Positions 35,401 to 43,036 of a stretch of 64,000 bases of DNA are shown piece after piece. Under the pieces are notes generated by a model. It had not been told where the DNA came from. It worked only from the letters and a program-made list of their open reading frames with translations, and ran no database searches. The stretch comes from a virus. Lineage: Duplodnaviria > Caudoviricetes. The stretch is taken from positions 15,455 through 79,454 of the IMG/VR virus record IMGVR_UViG_2786546905_000002; one strand, given 5' to 3'. Position numbers and translations under genes: made by a program. Every line of letters starts with the position of its first letter. Within the stretch, counting starts at the first letter, position 1.

Positions 35401-37048
35401 CGCCATCCCCACCACTGGCTTTAACTGCACTTTCGAGATCATCCAGCTTATCGAGTAACGCCTCTGAATGGCTCTCTTGAGCGCTGCTGGTTTCTTTTAA
35501 GACCTCCAGCTGTTCGGCGCGAAATGACGCCTCTTTGGCTGTACTGGTTAGTGAACGGGTAGCGCTGCGATCAGTCGTGTTATTGTTTGTAGTAGTTGTG
35601 ACTGAGGTAGTTGATGACTGTACGCCACCACGGCTATCAGATAGAACGCTGCTAGTGGAATTAGTAAGCTTATGGTCGCGTTGTTGTTCATGCTTGCTCT
35701 TCTGTTGGTTGTTGTTGGTAGTATCACTGCTGCTCTCGCGCTCGCGTTTAGACTCTTCTGCAAGTTCACTTGCGGAAGTAACACTTTGCGACTGGCTATC
35801 TGAGACTTGATTAGACAGACTCTCGCTAACAGACGTTAAGCTATCGGAGTTGTCGGTTTGCTGGGTTTGGCTGGCTTGCTGCTGCAGCTGCTCTGAACTT
35901 CGTGTTGCTGTCGATTCGGCAAGGTGACTGTCACTATCACGGGATGCCTGATCACGACTCTCACTCAAGCGCTCTGTTGAATCGCTCTGGCCACGCTCGG
36001 CAATCGTATTGCTATCGCGTTCGCTTTGGCTTTCAGTGCTGCTCTCGCTATCGCTGGTGGATTCCTCTTCGGTTGAGGTATCACGCTTTAGAAACGTGTT
36101 TACAAAACCATTCTCTTTAACGCTTTGGATGTTTGAACGCGCTTCTTTAACGCTATCCATGCCATCTTGAGACAGCTTGTACATTTCCTTAGCTGAGTAG
36201 AAAAAGGATCCACCGGTTGCGGCCCCTGCAGCCTCTTGTGCATCATGATCTTCACCTAGCGTCGATTCTGCTTGGCGCAGGCTCAAATCTTTGATGGCAG
36301 AGCTAAACGAGGCAAAGATCGAGGTTTGCTTTTCGCTCTCTTGGCTGCGCTTCTCTGATTCGCGTTCTTTGGCTGTTTCAGAGGCAGAGCTATAGCGCTC
36401 TTGCTCGGTTTTACTGGCGTACTTACCATCACTGCGGCGCAAACGGCCACCAGCATCTTTCCAGTAACCATCAAACTCCGCTAAACCGTCCTCAATGGCG
36501 GCCTTAACATCACTTGGAAGAGAATCAAGCGCTGACGTATCGAGCTCGTTATCAATCTGAGGCTCAGAAACGTCTACATTAACGCTTGGCTGGCTCTCTG
36601 CAGAGACTTCGACTGGTTCAACGATAATTGGCTTGTCTTGCTTCTCGGTCGCCTCTGGGGCGCTCTCACGCTCATTGAGGACGTCAGCAATTGGCTTAAC
36701 CATCGCTGCACTGTTCGGCTCTTCTTTTGCTTGGGCCTGTGCCGGTTCGCGGTCCATGGTCAGCTGTATCTCACCAGAACGTTGATCCGACTTAACACGG
36801 CGACCGCGTTGACGACGCTTTTCTTTGGTTGGCGGCTCGCTGCGTTGAGCGACTGCAGAATTGTCTTTTAATGCCTTTTCAATTGGTTTTGTATCGATGT
36901 TTGCGACGATTTCAGGCTGAACTGGTAGGCCAGACAAATTATCCAACTTGTCTGCTATAGCCTGCAATTTTTTCAGCTCTTTGTCACTTGATGTTCGGAC
37001 CACTTCAACGATAGAAAAGAGATCAAACTGTTGTTTTTTAGTGTCCAT
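32429..37048 (-). CDS. sit: Tape measure protein (Sit position), Ser/Gln/Glu-rich
   Basis: 1539 aa between pmgB and pmgA; YWKDAGGRLR segment; KAVPLLAPALMAYDAF hydrophobic stretch. Confidence 0.75.
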   Translation of the reverse strand: MDTKKQQFDLFSIVEVVRTSSDKELKKLQAIADKLDNLSGLPVQPEIVANIDTKPIEKALKDNSAVAQRSEPPTKEKRRQRGRRVKSDQRSGEIQLTMDREPAQAQAKEEPNSAAMVKPIADVLNERESAPEATEKQDKPIIVEPVEVSAESQPSVNVDVSEPQIDNELDTSALDSLPSDVKAAIEDGLAEFDGYWKDAGGRLRRSDGKYASKTEQERYSSASETAKERESEKRSQESEKQTSIFASFSSAIKDLSLRQAESTLGEDHDAQEAAGAATGGSFFYSAKEMYKLSQDGMDSVKEARSNIQSVKENGFVNTFLKRDTSTEEESTSDSESSTESQSERDSNTIAERGQSDSTERLSESRDQASRDSDSHLAESTATRSSEQLQQQASQTQQTDNSDSLTSVSESLSNQVSDSQSQSVTSASELAEESKRERESSSDTTNNNQQKSKHEQQRDHKLTNSTSSVLSDSRGGVQSSTTSVTTTTNNNTTDRSATRSLTSTAKEASFRAEQLEVLKETSSAQESHSEALLDKLDDLESAVKASGGDGGGGLMDLAGDMFGRDKEDRKGRRGRKGKGAKGTRRGGRIRSVLSGASDVAGSAAGKGSSLMAKGTSMAGTAFKGLSKIGGVAAKAVPLLAPALMAYDAFSGFTDTERQRETFNLKEGEEATTGQKSSMALASVLDMGGLVSGGAGLIGSGLEALGIEGAQEAMSFTSGDMAKGIYSFFAGDDSESESTESDSKTESTTNANQTTDESTQSASAVSQQVSTQSDQDSVAKTFSEQEEARFKAEAIHNSAMNTGNSQSSRTLQENQRKNDAYSQMQATWAIANEEGISYNQAKSVKEQRDKELKEKRESVSSEIGQPIDGKVATERGDLVSSSKKEAQLAVVDAEIKRREEVAKIQEANSESSFANGGFVDIETASRLEDINTKISQGTSQAEHTNIDTPLASTASILESASQSETTDSQASSASSQASEQSSKTDGTTHERNSNSVDTTAESERIEATTGLDSLQSSSASEASQVQDLTQAESVSIVSEIAASDHVDSQASSVSTHGTSASTVDKSGQTSEQSSTESEQVNARSESSENNQTGTHSEAVQVASDSQIDSVVSVSESAHQATQSEASSQSNKVQSSSSERSQSSLVSEAQEKASSDQSSTEQVRDRQSTHAIEAAERQHVVSSSDVATEAKERSSETGTQESHTASDSRSQLSARERSELRAQGINETTQATSSTSEASQATSANEVSHISNALEKASQQSDSQSDSQISKQNDSQLIERSSDQSTSQASQTSAENNQVESVSKALESASQSTSQSSTVQASQSNVDKQLESIGAISERTVMSNEVTQASHTAAAAQLESVSTAIEKSNQLATESQSNTAQTEASEVDRSKQLESMKSISDNTETSADTQLANSVAFIERQSRQSQAKNVAQASQPTSTQTVATATNQIAQNESVNQIYAQRDAEKLKSESSKQEVTLDKASLDAIKEVGKAAGGTNTKEIYRYGGPVKAKDSTPASTSKSTGAIPNNFNDHSLQRQSADLE

Positions 37049-37211
37049 TTCGCACCTTGTCTTGTAACGCCTTATCTAATCGAATGGCGAGATCTTGAGG
37101 GGTGGAAAATACCGCGTTGACCGGTTGGCCAGCGTAAACCGTAAGGTTTTCAATTAGGGTATTCCAACCGATGGAATCAAATCTTTGCAATGTAGTCGTG
37201 GTGGTGAAAGG
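37038..37211 (-). CDS. +1-frame extension of pmgB (GT-like chaperone C-terminus) or a small coupled ORF
   Basis: Protein-like C-terminus (WNTLIENLTVYAGQPVNAVFS...) with no clear RBS; overlaps the pmgB end and the sit start; CCC TTT C at 37206-37212. Confidence 0.5.
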   Translation of the reverse strand, partial: PFTTTTTLQRFDSIGWNTLIENLTVYAGQPVNAVFSTPQDLAIRLDKALQDKVRNGH

Positions 37212-37986
37212 GCAATAGCAGTGTACGCACCGCCTTACCTCCTTTTTCAATAACTTTTGGACACTCTGGCACTTCGGTAACAAGGAAGTAACGGCCCTCA
37301 ACATACTTGGTCAATAAGCCATGGCGTGACTCACGCAAAGCCTTTTCAACCTTGCTGCAGGCGCTCATAAACTCCACCGGCAAACGCATGGTTTTTATCT
37401 TCTCAACTTTCCATTGGGTCGCTTCGTCGCGATCTTCTGGCTGGCCCTCAATCGTCAGGCAATGTGCCATTTCATGGATGGCCATTTCATTAGCGGCTCG
37501 CTTCCAATCGAGGCTTTGAGGCTCGTATTCGTCGCGTTCGTTACGCAATAGCTCTATCTCTTCTATCGCTTCGCCGTTCATTGGGTGCACTTGCGCGTTG
37601 TGTATAACGCCGTTGATGGCCAGTTCAACTTTTAGCTCTGGTAGCTTTGGTACCGCCTTAGCCGTTTCCATTAGGTCGTACATGTAAATGTCGTGGTAAT
37701 GCGTCTCACCACAAGTGTTGCACTCGTATGAGAACGGGACGGTACCCAGTTCGCTGGTGGCCATAAAGATCCACCATAAGGCGGTGCGGCGGTCCTCACC
37801 GGTCCATTTGCTGGAGTCGTTAAGCTCACCTTTGCTTAAGTCCTGCAGGTGGTTGAGGTATTGCGTTGTACTGCTTTCTTCTTGGCTTTCTTCAAGCTCA
37901 CAGAACGTCAAGCCGTCTTCGACGTTAGGAACGCGGAAGTGAACGATTGTTGTCATATGACTTGGTAGTGGAAATGGAGGGATCAT
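37177..37986 (-). CDS. pmgB: PmgB-like tail assembly chaperone
   Basis: PPFPLPS, WTGEDRRTALWWIF, CNTCGETHYHD; upstream of the tape measure gene. Confidence 0.7.
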   Translation of the reverse strand: MIPPFPLPSHMTTIVHFRVPNVEDGLTFCELEESQEESSTTQYLNHLQDLSKGELNDSSKWTGEDRRTALWWIFMATSELGTVPFSYECNTCGETHYHDIYMYDLMETAKAVPKLPELKVELAINGVIHNAQVHPMNGEAIEEIELLRNERDEYEPQSLDWKRAANEMAIHEMAHCLTIEGQPEDRDEATQWKVEKIKTMRLPVEFMSACSKVEKALRESRHGLLTKYVEGRYFLVTEVPECPKVIEKGGKAVRTLLLPFHHHDYIAKI

Positions 37987-37988
37987 AA

Positions 37989-38507
37989 TTAAAGTACCTT
38001 ATTGCCTACACTCATGAATTTTTGGAAGATCAGCGGGAACGAGCGAATGCTGTTTGCTGTATCACGCGAATTGTTGATGTTGCCTTTCTTGGTTGGGAAT
38101 ACCTGATAGGCCTTTCTAAACGTCTTGTTCCCGTCGTCATCGAGATCGAAGATTTTGATTTTGAAAATGTAATCAATTGGGATATTGAGCGTGCCGTCTT
38201 GGTTCTTCACCTTGGCCAAGCGACCATCGAACCAATTACTGATCGTTTTCTTTTGGTCATCACGCACGGTCATAGTGATCTCACTAGCGCCAGCTGCCGT
38301 CGGCAATGCGATATGGCCAGAGCCCACTTGAAAGGTGTCGGCGTCAATTGAGCCCTCACCATAATCAATGTCTTTCACGTAAATATCGAAGTCTGCCGGT
38401 GCGTCTGGTGCGTCAATTTCGATGGCCCACTGCCAGCCTTGCTGCCATGGCTTTTCCATGAAGTTTTTGACTGAGCGTTTAGCGAGTTTCATGTATGGGT
38501 TTGACAC
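37989..38507 (-). CDS. tub: Tub-like tail tube initiator/baseplate tube protein
   Basis: QGWQWAIEID, KDIDY, ITMTVRDD, DGTLNIP. Confidence 0.78.
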   Translation of the reverse strand: MSNPYMKLAKRSVKNFMEKPWQQGWQWAIEIDAPDAPADFDIYVKDIDYGEGSIDADTFQVGSGHIALPTAAGASEITMTVRDDQKKTISNWFDGRLAKVKNQDGTLNIPIDYIFKIKIFDLDDDGNKTFRKAYQVFPTKKGNINNSRDTANSIRSFPLIFQKFMSVGNKVL

Positions 38508-38509
38508 AG

Positions 38510-39070
38510 TTAGCCCCCCAGCAAGCTGATAGGCGGGATCATTGCTCGGTTGCTGCGCATCTGTGCTTCAAGGGCATCACGGCGCGTGGCCAAGTCGGTT
38601 TCTGCAGGTAGCCCAGAGGTGTCCATCTTGCCTGCAGTGGAAACTTGTCGGATGCGCTCTGAATTGGGAATAGTGATCAGGAGCTCAAGGTAATCCCCCA
38701 GCAAGCTAATGCTGGTGCTGGGTAGCTGGAACGTATCAAAATCGCTCTCAAGGACGTTTTTCAGATAAGAAAGCGTTAGAGGAAAGACTTCATCACCATC
38801 GAGCTCTAATTCAAGGTTTCCATCCCATACGGTTGAATTGATAAAGCGGTGCTCTTTATCTTTGAGAGACAGCTTGGATAAGAATAACGGTGGTAACTCG
38901 CACGAATCTGAGGCGTCTACAGCGCGGATACGGTGGCGATCGGAAAAACCAGCCAATTCTTGGTACTTGGCCAGCGCTTTTTTTAAGAGGCTAAGTAACG
39001 CTTTTTCATCCTCATGCAGTAGCACAGGGAAACGCGCTTTAACGTCCTCTAAAAGTTGTTTCGGGGTCAT
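38510..39070 (-). CDS. pmgC: PmgC-like head-tail connector
   Basis: MTPKQLLEDVKARF, LGDYLELLITIPN, AGKMD; upstream of tub. Confidence 0.65.
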   Translation of the reverse strand: MTPKQLLEDVKARFPVLLHEDEKALLSLLKKALAKYQELAGFSDRHRIRAVDASDSCELPPLFLSKLSLKDKEHRFINSTVWDGNLELELDGDEVFPLTLSYLKNVLESDFDTFQLPSTSISLLGDYLELLITIPNSERIRQVSTAGKMDTSGLPAETDLATRRDALEAQMRSNRAMIPPISLLGG

Positions 39071-39136
39071 AGCTGCTCCAATGGAGGCAGCATTTTTATA
39101 GCGGGGGAGCCCCTATGCTATATCACTCTTGCTCAT

Positions 39137-39166
39137 AAAAAAAGCCGCTGAAAAGTCAGCGGCTTT
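39137..39166 (-). terminator. Intrinsic terminator after the tube gene
   Basis: aaagccgctga-aaag-tcagcggcttt with a U run on minus. Confidence 0.85.
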
Positions 39167-39184
39167 GGGTGGTATAGCGACACT

Positions 39185-39682
39185 TTAGAAGTCACACCAG
39201 TTGTATTGCAGCGTTAGAGACGGTTTCACGATTGCTGCCGTATCTTCTGTTGATAGATCGATAGCATCAGAACGAATCTTAGTGTGCTCAAGCTTGAATG
39301 AGTGAGACTTGGCACCTTTACCGCTTGTTGATTCTGGCGTTGATTCAATTGTGATAGTTAGGTACTGCTTGTCACGTACTACTTTACGCAGCATTTCCAG
39401 TACGGTACCGGTAATGGTTTCGACACACGTTACCGCGATCTCACCTTTGTTCTCTAGGACGCCGTTTTGCACGAATCCCATACCCATTTGACCATAGTCT
39501 TCTACGTCAGAACGGCCCATTGCTGGGAATTGAGTTGAACGGATTAACACGGTTAGATCTGGGTATTCTTCGATTTTCATCTCGAACTCGGTACCCATCA
39601 TCTTTTCACCAGCAGCTACGTTCTTAAGGAACTTCTGCTTTAGAAACTTAGTGTCACCTTTGGCGTTGTGTGGACCAGCCAT
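39185..39682 (-). CDS. bplB: Tail tube protein (P1 BplB-like)
   Basis: RSTQFP...DVEDYG, CVETITG, SDAIDLSTEDTAAIVKPSL...YNW. Confidence 0.85.
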   Translation of the reverse strand: MAGPHNAKGDTKFLKQKFLKNVAAGEKMMGTEFEMKIEEYPDLTVLIRSTQFPAMGRSDVEDYGQMGMGFVQNGVLENKGEIAVTCVETITGTVLEMLRKVVRDKQYLTITIESTPESTSGKGAKSHSFKLEHTKIRSDAIDLSTEDTAAIVKPSLTLQYNWCDF

Positions 39683-39698
39683 AATAAACCTCTATTAT

Positions 39699-40307
39699 TT
39701 ATTTGAAGTAGTTCGGAATTTGAGACTGATTAATCATCTGTTTCGGTGATGCTGTAACCGTCACGGTGTTGTAGGCAAAATGCCCCGCCTTGGTCTTCGG
39801 TGCGTTGGCGTTGTAACTCACTTCGCTAATTCGCATTGGTAAGTTAATTTTGCGGCCAACGTTGAACACGGCGTCTGACGGAATACGGCCCCCGATACCA
39901 TCAGTGCTAACCGGCACAGTGTTTTGAAGCTCTGGCGATACCATTTGGCAAAGCTTTTGGATTGGCATATCCACTTCGTTCAAAGCATCTGTGTACGCAA
40001 CAAAGCGTAGAGTTAACGAGATTTCTGGGGGTTCGTTGCCCTGCCAAACTTGCTGGCTATTCCATAACGTCTTACTGGTTGTCTCCGACATTGCTTGCGT
40101 AAGGGACGCGGTTTTATCCACGGCCCCAACGTTACCTACAGAATCCCCCTCGAATGGAGACTCCCATAGCGCTCTAAACGCGAGCTGACATTCATCAGTC
40201 ATGTAGGCAATGACCGTAACCTCCGTGCCACCGATGTTTTGTGTGATGTAGCATTTGTTAAAGTTGGAAATGCCGTCATCACTAGGTACGCCGTAAATTA
40301 CTGCCAT
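39699..40307 (-). CDS. pmgG: PmgG-like baseplate/tube initiator
   Basis: WESPFEG, WNSQQVWQG, MVSPEL, GGRIP...NVGRKIN. Confidence 0.72.
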   Translation of the reverse strand: MAVIYGVPSDDGISNFNKCYITQNIGGTEVTVIAYMTDECQLAFRALWESPFEGDSVGNVGAVDKTASLTQAMSETTSKTLWNSQQVWQGNEPPEISLTLRFVAYTDALNEVDMPIQKLCQMVSPELQNTVPVSTDGIGGRIPSDAVFNVGRKINLPMRISEVSYNANAPKTKAGHFAYNTVTVTASPKQMINQSQIPNYFK

Positions 40308-40319
40308 GGTTGCCCCTTA

Positions 40320-40982
40320 TTACATGCCGCGAGATTTACGCTGGCGCATGGATTTCTTACGGGCAGCTTTTGAAGCGCCAGTACGCGATTTAGCGCGAGC
40401 TTTTTTCAGTGCGGCCTTTTGTGCTGCACTCATGCGACGTTTGCGCTTTTTGGTGTTGATGAACGTCACTTTGCCGTCGCGAATTACTTTCTTTTTCGCT
40501 TCTAGCATCATGGATTCACGTACCGCGAACTCAGCAACCGCTTCGTCGGAATCAACGTTCTCAAGTCCCGCTTCTAGGGATTCGAAAATGTGGTTTACCG
40601 CTTCTTCGTCTTCGCCAAAGTCCAAAAGCTTATCTTCTTGAATACCTGAAATAGACAAGATGAATTCTGACGCGTGATTTTGTAGAGACTCATACATAGC
40701 CATTTGGCTATCGCTTAGCTCTTCATCATCAACACCGCCAGCAGAGCCATATAGCAATGCGTCTAACGTGTCTGCAGTTGCATCACCACCATTAGCCCAT
40801 TGCACACACGCTGACGCTGCAGCCATGCGATCTTGGGTTACGGCCATACGCTCGATAGACTCAAGCATCATGTTGTCGTCAACCGACTCAAAAAACGCTG
40901 TTTCTGTTAGGTCTTCCTCGGCCTGCACCACTGGTGCTTTAAAAGGACGAGGAAGAACAGAACCTTTTTCAAACATGCTCAT
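40320..40982 (-). CDS. 21: gp21-like acidic head/DNA-associated protein with a basic C-terminal tail
   Basis: KKVIRDGKV...MSAAQKAALKKARAKSRTGA. Confidence 0.8.
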   Translation of the reverse strand: MSMFEKGSVLPRPFKAPVVQAEEDLTETAFFESVDDNMMLESIERMAVTQDRMAAASACVQWANGGDATADTLDALLYGSAGGVDDEELSDSQMAMYESLQNHASEFILSISGIQEDKLLDFGEDEEAVNHIFESLEAGLENVDSDEAVAEFAVRESMMLEAKKKVIRDGKVTFINTKKRKRRMSAAQKAALKKARAKSRTGASKAARKKSMRQRKSRGM

Positions 40983-41001
40983 TCTGTTCTCACTCTATTG
41001 A

Positions 41002-42579
41002 TTAGCGAACTAGGATTGGTTCACCGATTAATCGGCGGCCTGAACCGGTTGGACAGATAGACCAAGTGACTTTCCACAAGTCGATTTCGACTTGGATAAT
41101 CTCAAAGGTCCATGGGGATTCACCGTCTTGCTCTGGGTCGCGTGGCGCTACCAGTGCACCCACAGTTTCGTAACCCTCAAAGATGGCTGTCATACCGTCT
41201 TCGATTGCTTTTTCTGTGTCGTCATCTGGACGGTGCTTGATGCGGTTCGCCAGTGCTACAAAGTCGCGAGAAATAGCGTCTGTAACAGAAACCACTTGTT
41301 CGAAACGTAGGTAGTTTTCAACCGGCGTCGACGTTAGAGAGTCATCAATGAACAGTGCACCGTTCTCGCTAACACCTAGTTTGTTAAGGCGTGCTTTGTA
41401 CATTTCTTCAAAGTTAGGCTCTCCTGAACCACGTAGTGGCGTCAGGCCTGCACGCGAGATAACTGCACGCTCAACACCTGCCGGTGTGTAGTGCCAGCCA
41501 CCTGTTGGAGAGGTCTTAGATACACCCAGTGCTTTCGCTGCGAACGCGATACCTGACGCGCCCCACGGACACTTGTTTTTGTACGTTGGACACTTCGCCG
41601 CATACGGCAAGTGAACGTAAGAGGCACGGTGGCAAGCTAGGTTTAGGCCTTGCTTGTGTGCTAGCGCTTGGGCGTGCGTTAGACGTGGGTTGATATCGTA
41701 GTAACCAGAGATACGACGATCATCACTCAGCTTTTGCAGCTTCTTCGTTACTGCGTCGTCGTAGCAGCTCAAACCACAAATGTAGTTAAAGCCAAGGACC
41801 GTAGAACGTAGCGCAGTGATCGCCGCGTCATAGTCAGAGGTCTTGATAGCGCTTAGGTCGCCGTTTGAAGCGCCTGTAAACGCTGTTTCTGCCATTGCTG
41901 TTAGTTCAGCTTTAGCCGTTGCTGCGTCACATACACAAGATAGGTACTTAGATTTCTGCTCTAGAACCGTCTCGATGTACGCCGTTGCACCCATCTGATC
42001 TTTTGCTTCTGGGTCGAATGAAACGATCCACTCTTCCAGAGTCGCTTTACCACCAGCTTCTTGAGTTTCTTTCAGCGTCAGCTTAAGCATGCCCTTGCCG
42101 TAAAGCTTCTCATCGACTGACTCGATAGAGACGCTACGGTTTGCTGACTCAGCACCATCTTTAATGGCCAGAGCTAGGAACTCACCAGAGCCCAGATCAA
42201 GATCAGCGCTGTAAGCAATGGCTTCATTGGTGAATACCAATTTGTCAGCTGGCTTAGTCACTTTGATTGCTGGGAATGTCGCTGTTGCTGGAACAACACG
42301 AACGACTAGGCCGTCACCGCCTTTTAGTGCTTCCGCTAGGGTACGCATACCGTCAGCGTGAACACCAAGGCTTGAATGGAATGGTTTACCCAGTACATCA
42401 GTTAGGTTCGCATCAGTAACGCGTAGTACTTCAAACGGTTTACCTTTCTGAGAAACGATAACACCAGCAAATGTCAGCTGGTTTGAACCACCACCACGCT
42501 TGGTTGTCGCGTCTGCATTGATTGGCGAAACAACGGTTTGAGCCACGTTGTTCATTGCAAATCCAATATCTTTACTCAT
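41002..42579 (-). CDS. 22: Tail sheath protein
   Basis: VSPINADAT, GKPFEVL, GGWHYTPAGVERAVI. Confidence 0.9.
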   Translation of the reverse strand: MSKDIGFAMNNVAQTVVSPINADATTKRGGGSNQLTFAGVIVSQKGKPFEVLRVTDANLTDVLGKPFHSSLGVHADGMRTLAEALKGGDGLVVRVVPATATFPAIKVTKPADKLVFTNEAIAYSADLDLGSGEFLALAIKDGAESANRSVSIESVDEKLYGKGMLKLTLKETQEAGGKATLEEWIVSFDPEAKDQMGATAYIETVLEQKSKYLSCVCDAATAKAELTAMAETAFTGASNGDLSAIKTSDYDAAITALRSTVLGFNYICGLSCYDDAVTKKLQKLSDDRRISGYYDINPRLTHAQALAHKQGLNLACHRASYVHLPYAAKCPTYKNKCPWGASGIAFAAKALGVSKTSPTGGWHYTPAGVERAVISRAGLTPLRGSGEPNFEEMYKARLNKLGVSENGALFIDDSLTSTPVENYLRFEQVVSVTDAISRDFVALANRIKHRPDDDTEKAIEDGMTAIFEGYETVGALVAPRDPEQDGESPWTFEIIQVEIDLWKVTWSICPTGSGRRLIGEPILVR

Positions 42580-42988
42580 TGTTTGCCTCTTTCAGAGTTA
42601 AGTTGTTTGCGGCTAACTGCTTTTCAATTTCTTGAACACCAGCTGCAGCAATGCCTTTCACCTTTACAACGTCTTTCGCCGTCATAGCTGTGAGTTGGTC
42701 CAATGTCGTTACGCCCGAAGTCACAAGGGCTTTTTCTACGCTGGTGGTTAAACCAAGAGTGGAAATGCTTGCTGGATCGTCGGTACCGTCTTCGCTCTGT
42801 TGAGCTTCTTCCAGAGACGCACGAACGCTCAGCTCACCGTTTGGGTAAGCCTGTTCAAGTGCATTGAGGAAGTATTGGAAGTTGTGGACCGATACCTGTT
42901 GGTTGACGGCGCGAGCGCCAATCACGCGGCCAAGCAGCGTAATTTCGATTGGAGTGTGATTAGTGACGAAAATGATTTGTTCTTTCAT
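42572..42988 (-). CDS. Protein with a C-terminal RNA polymerase alpha-CTD-like HhH domain
   Basis: ISTLGLTTSVEKALVTSGVTTLDQLTAMTAKDVVKVKGIAAAGVQEIEKQLAANNLTL aligns by eye to the alpha-CTD pattern. Confidence 0.6.
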   Translation of the reverse strand: MKEQIIFVTNHTPIEITLLGRVIGARAVNQQVSVHNFQYFLNALEQAYPNGELSVRASLEEAQQSEDGTDDPASISTLGLTTSVEKALVTSGVTTLDQLTAMTAKDVVKVKGIAAAGVQEIEKQLAANNLTLKEANNE

Positions 42989-43036
42989 GAGAACCTCCAG
43001 AGAGCGAGCAACCTAATAGGCTGCTCGCGCCACCTG

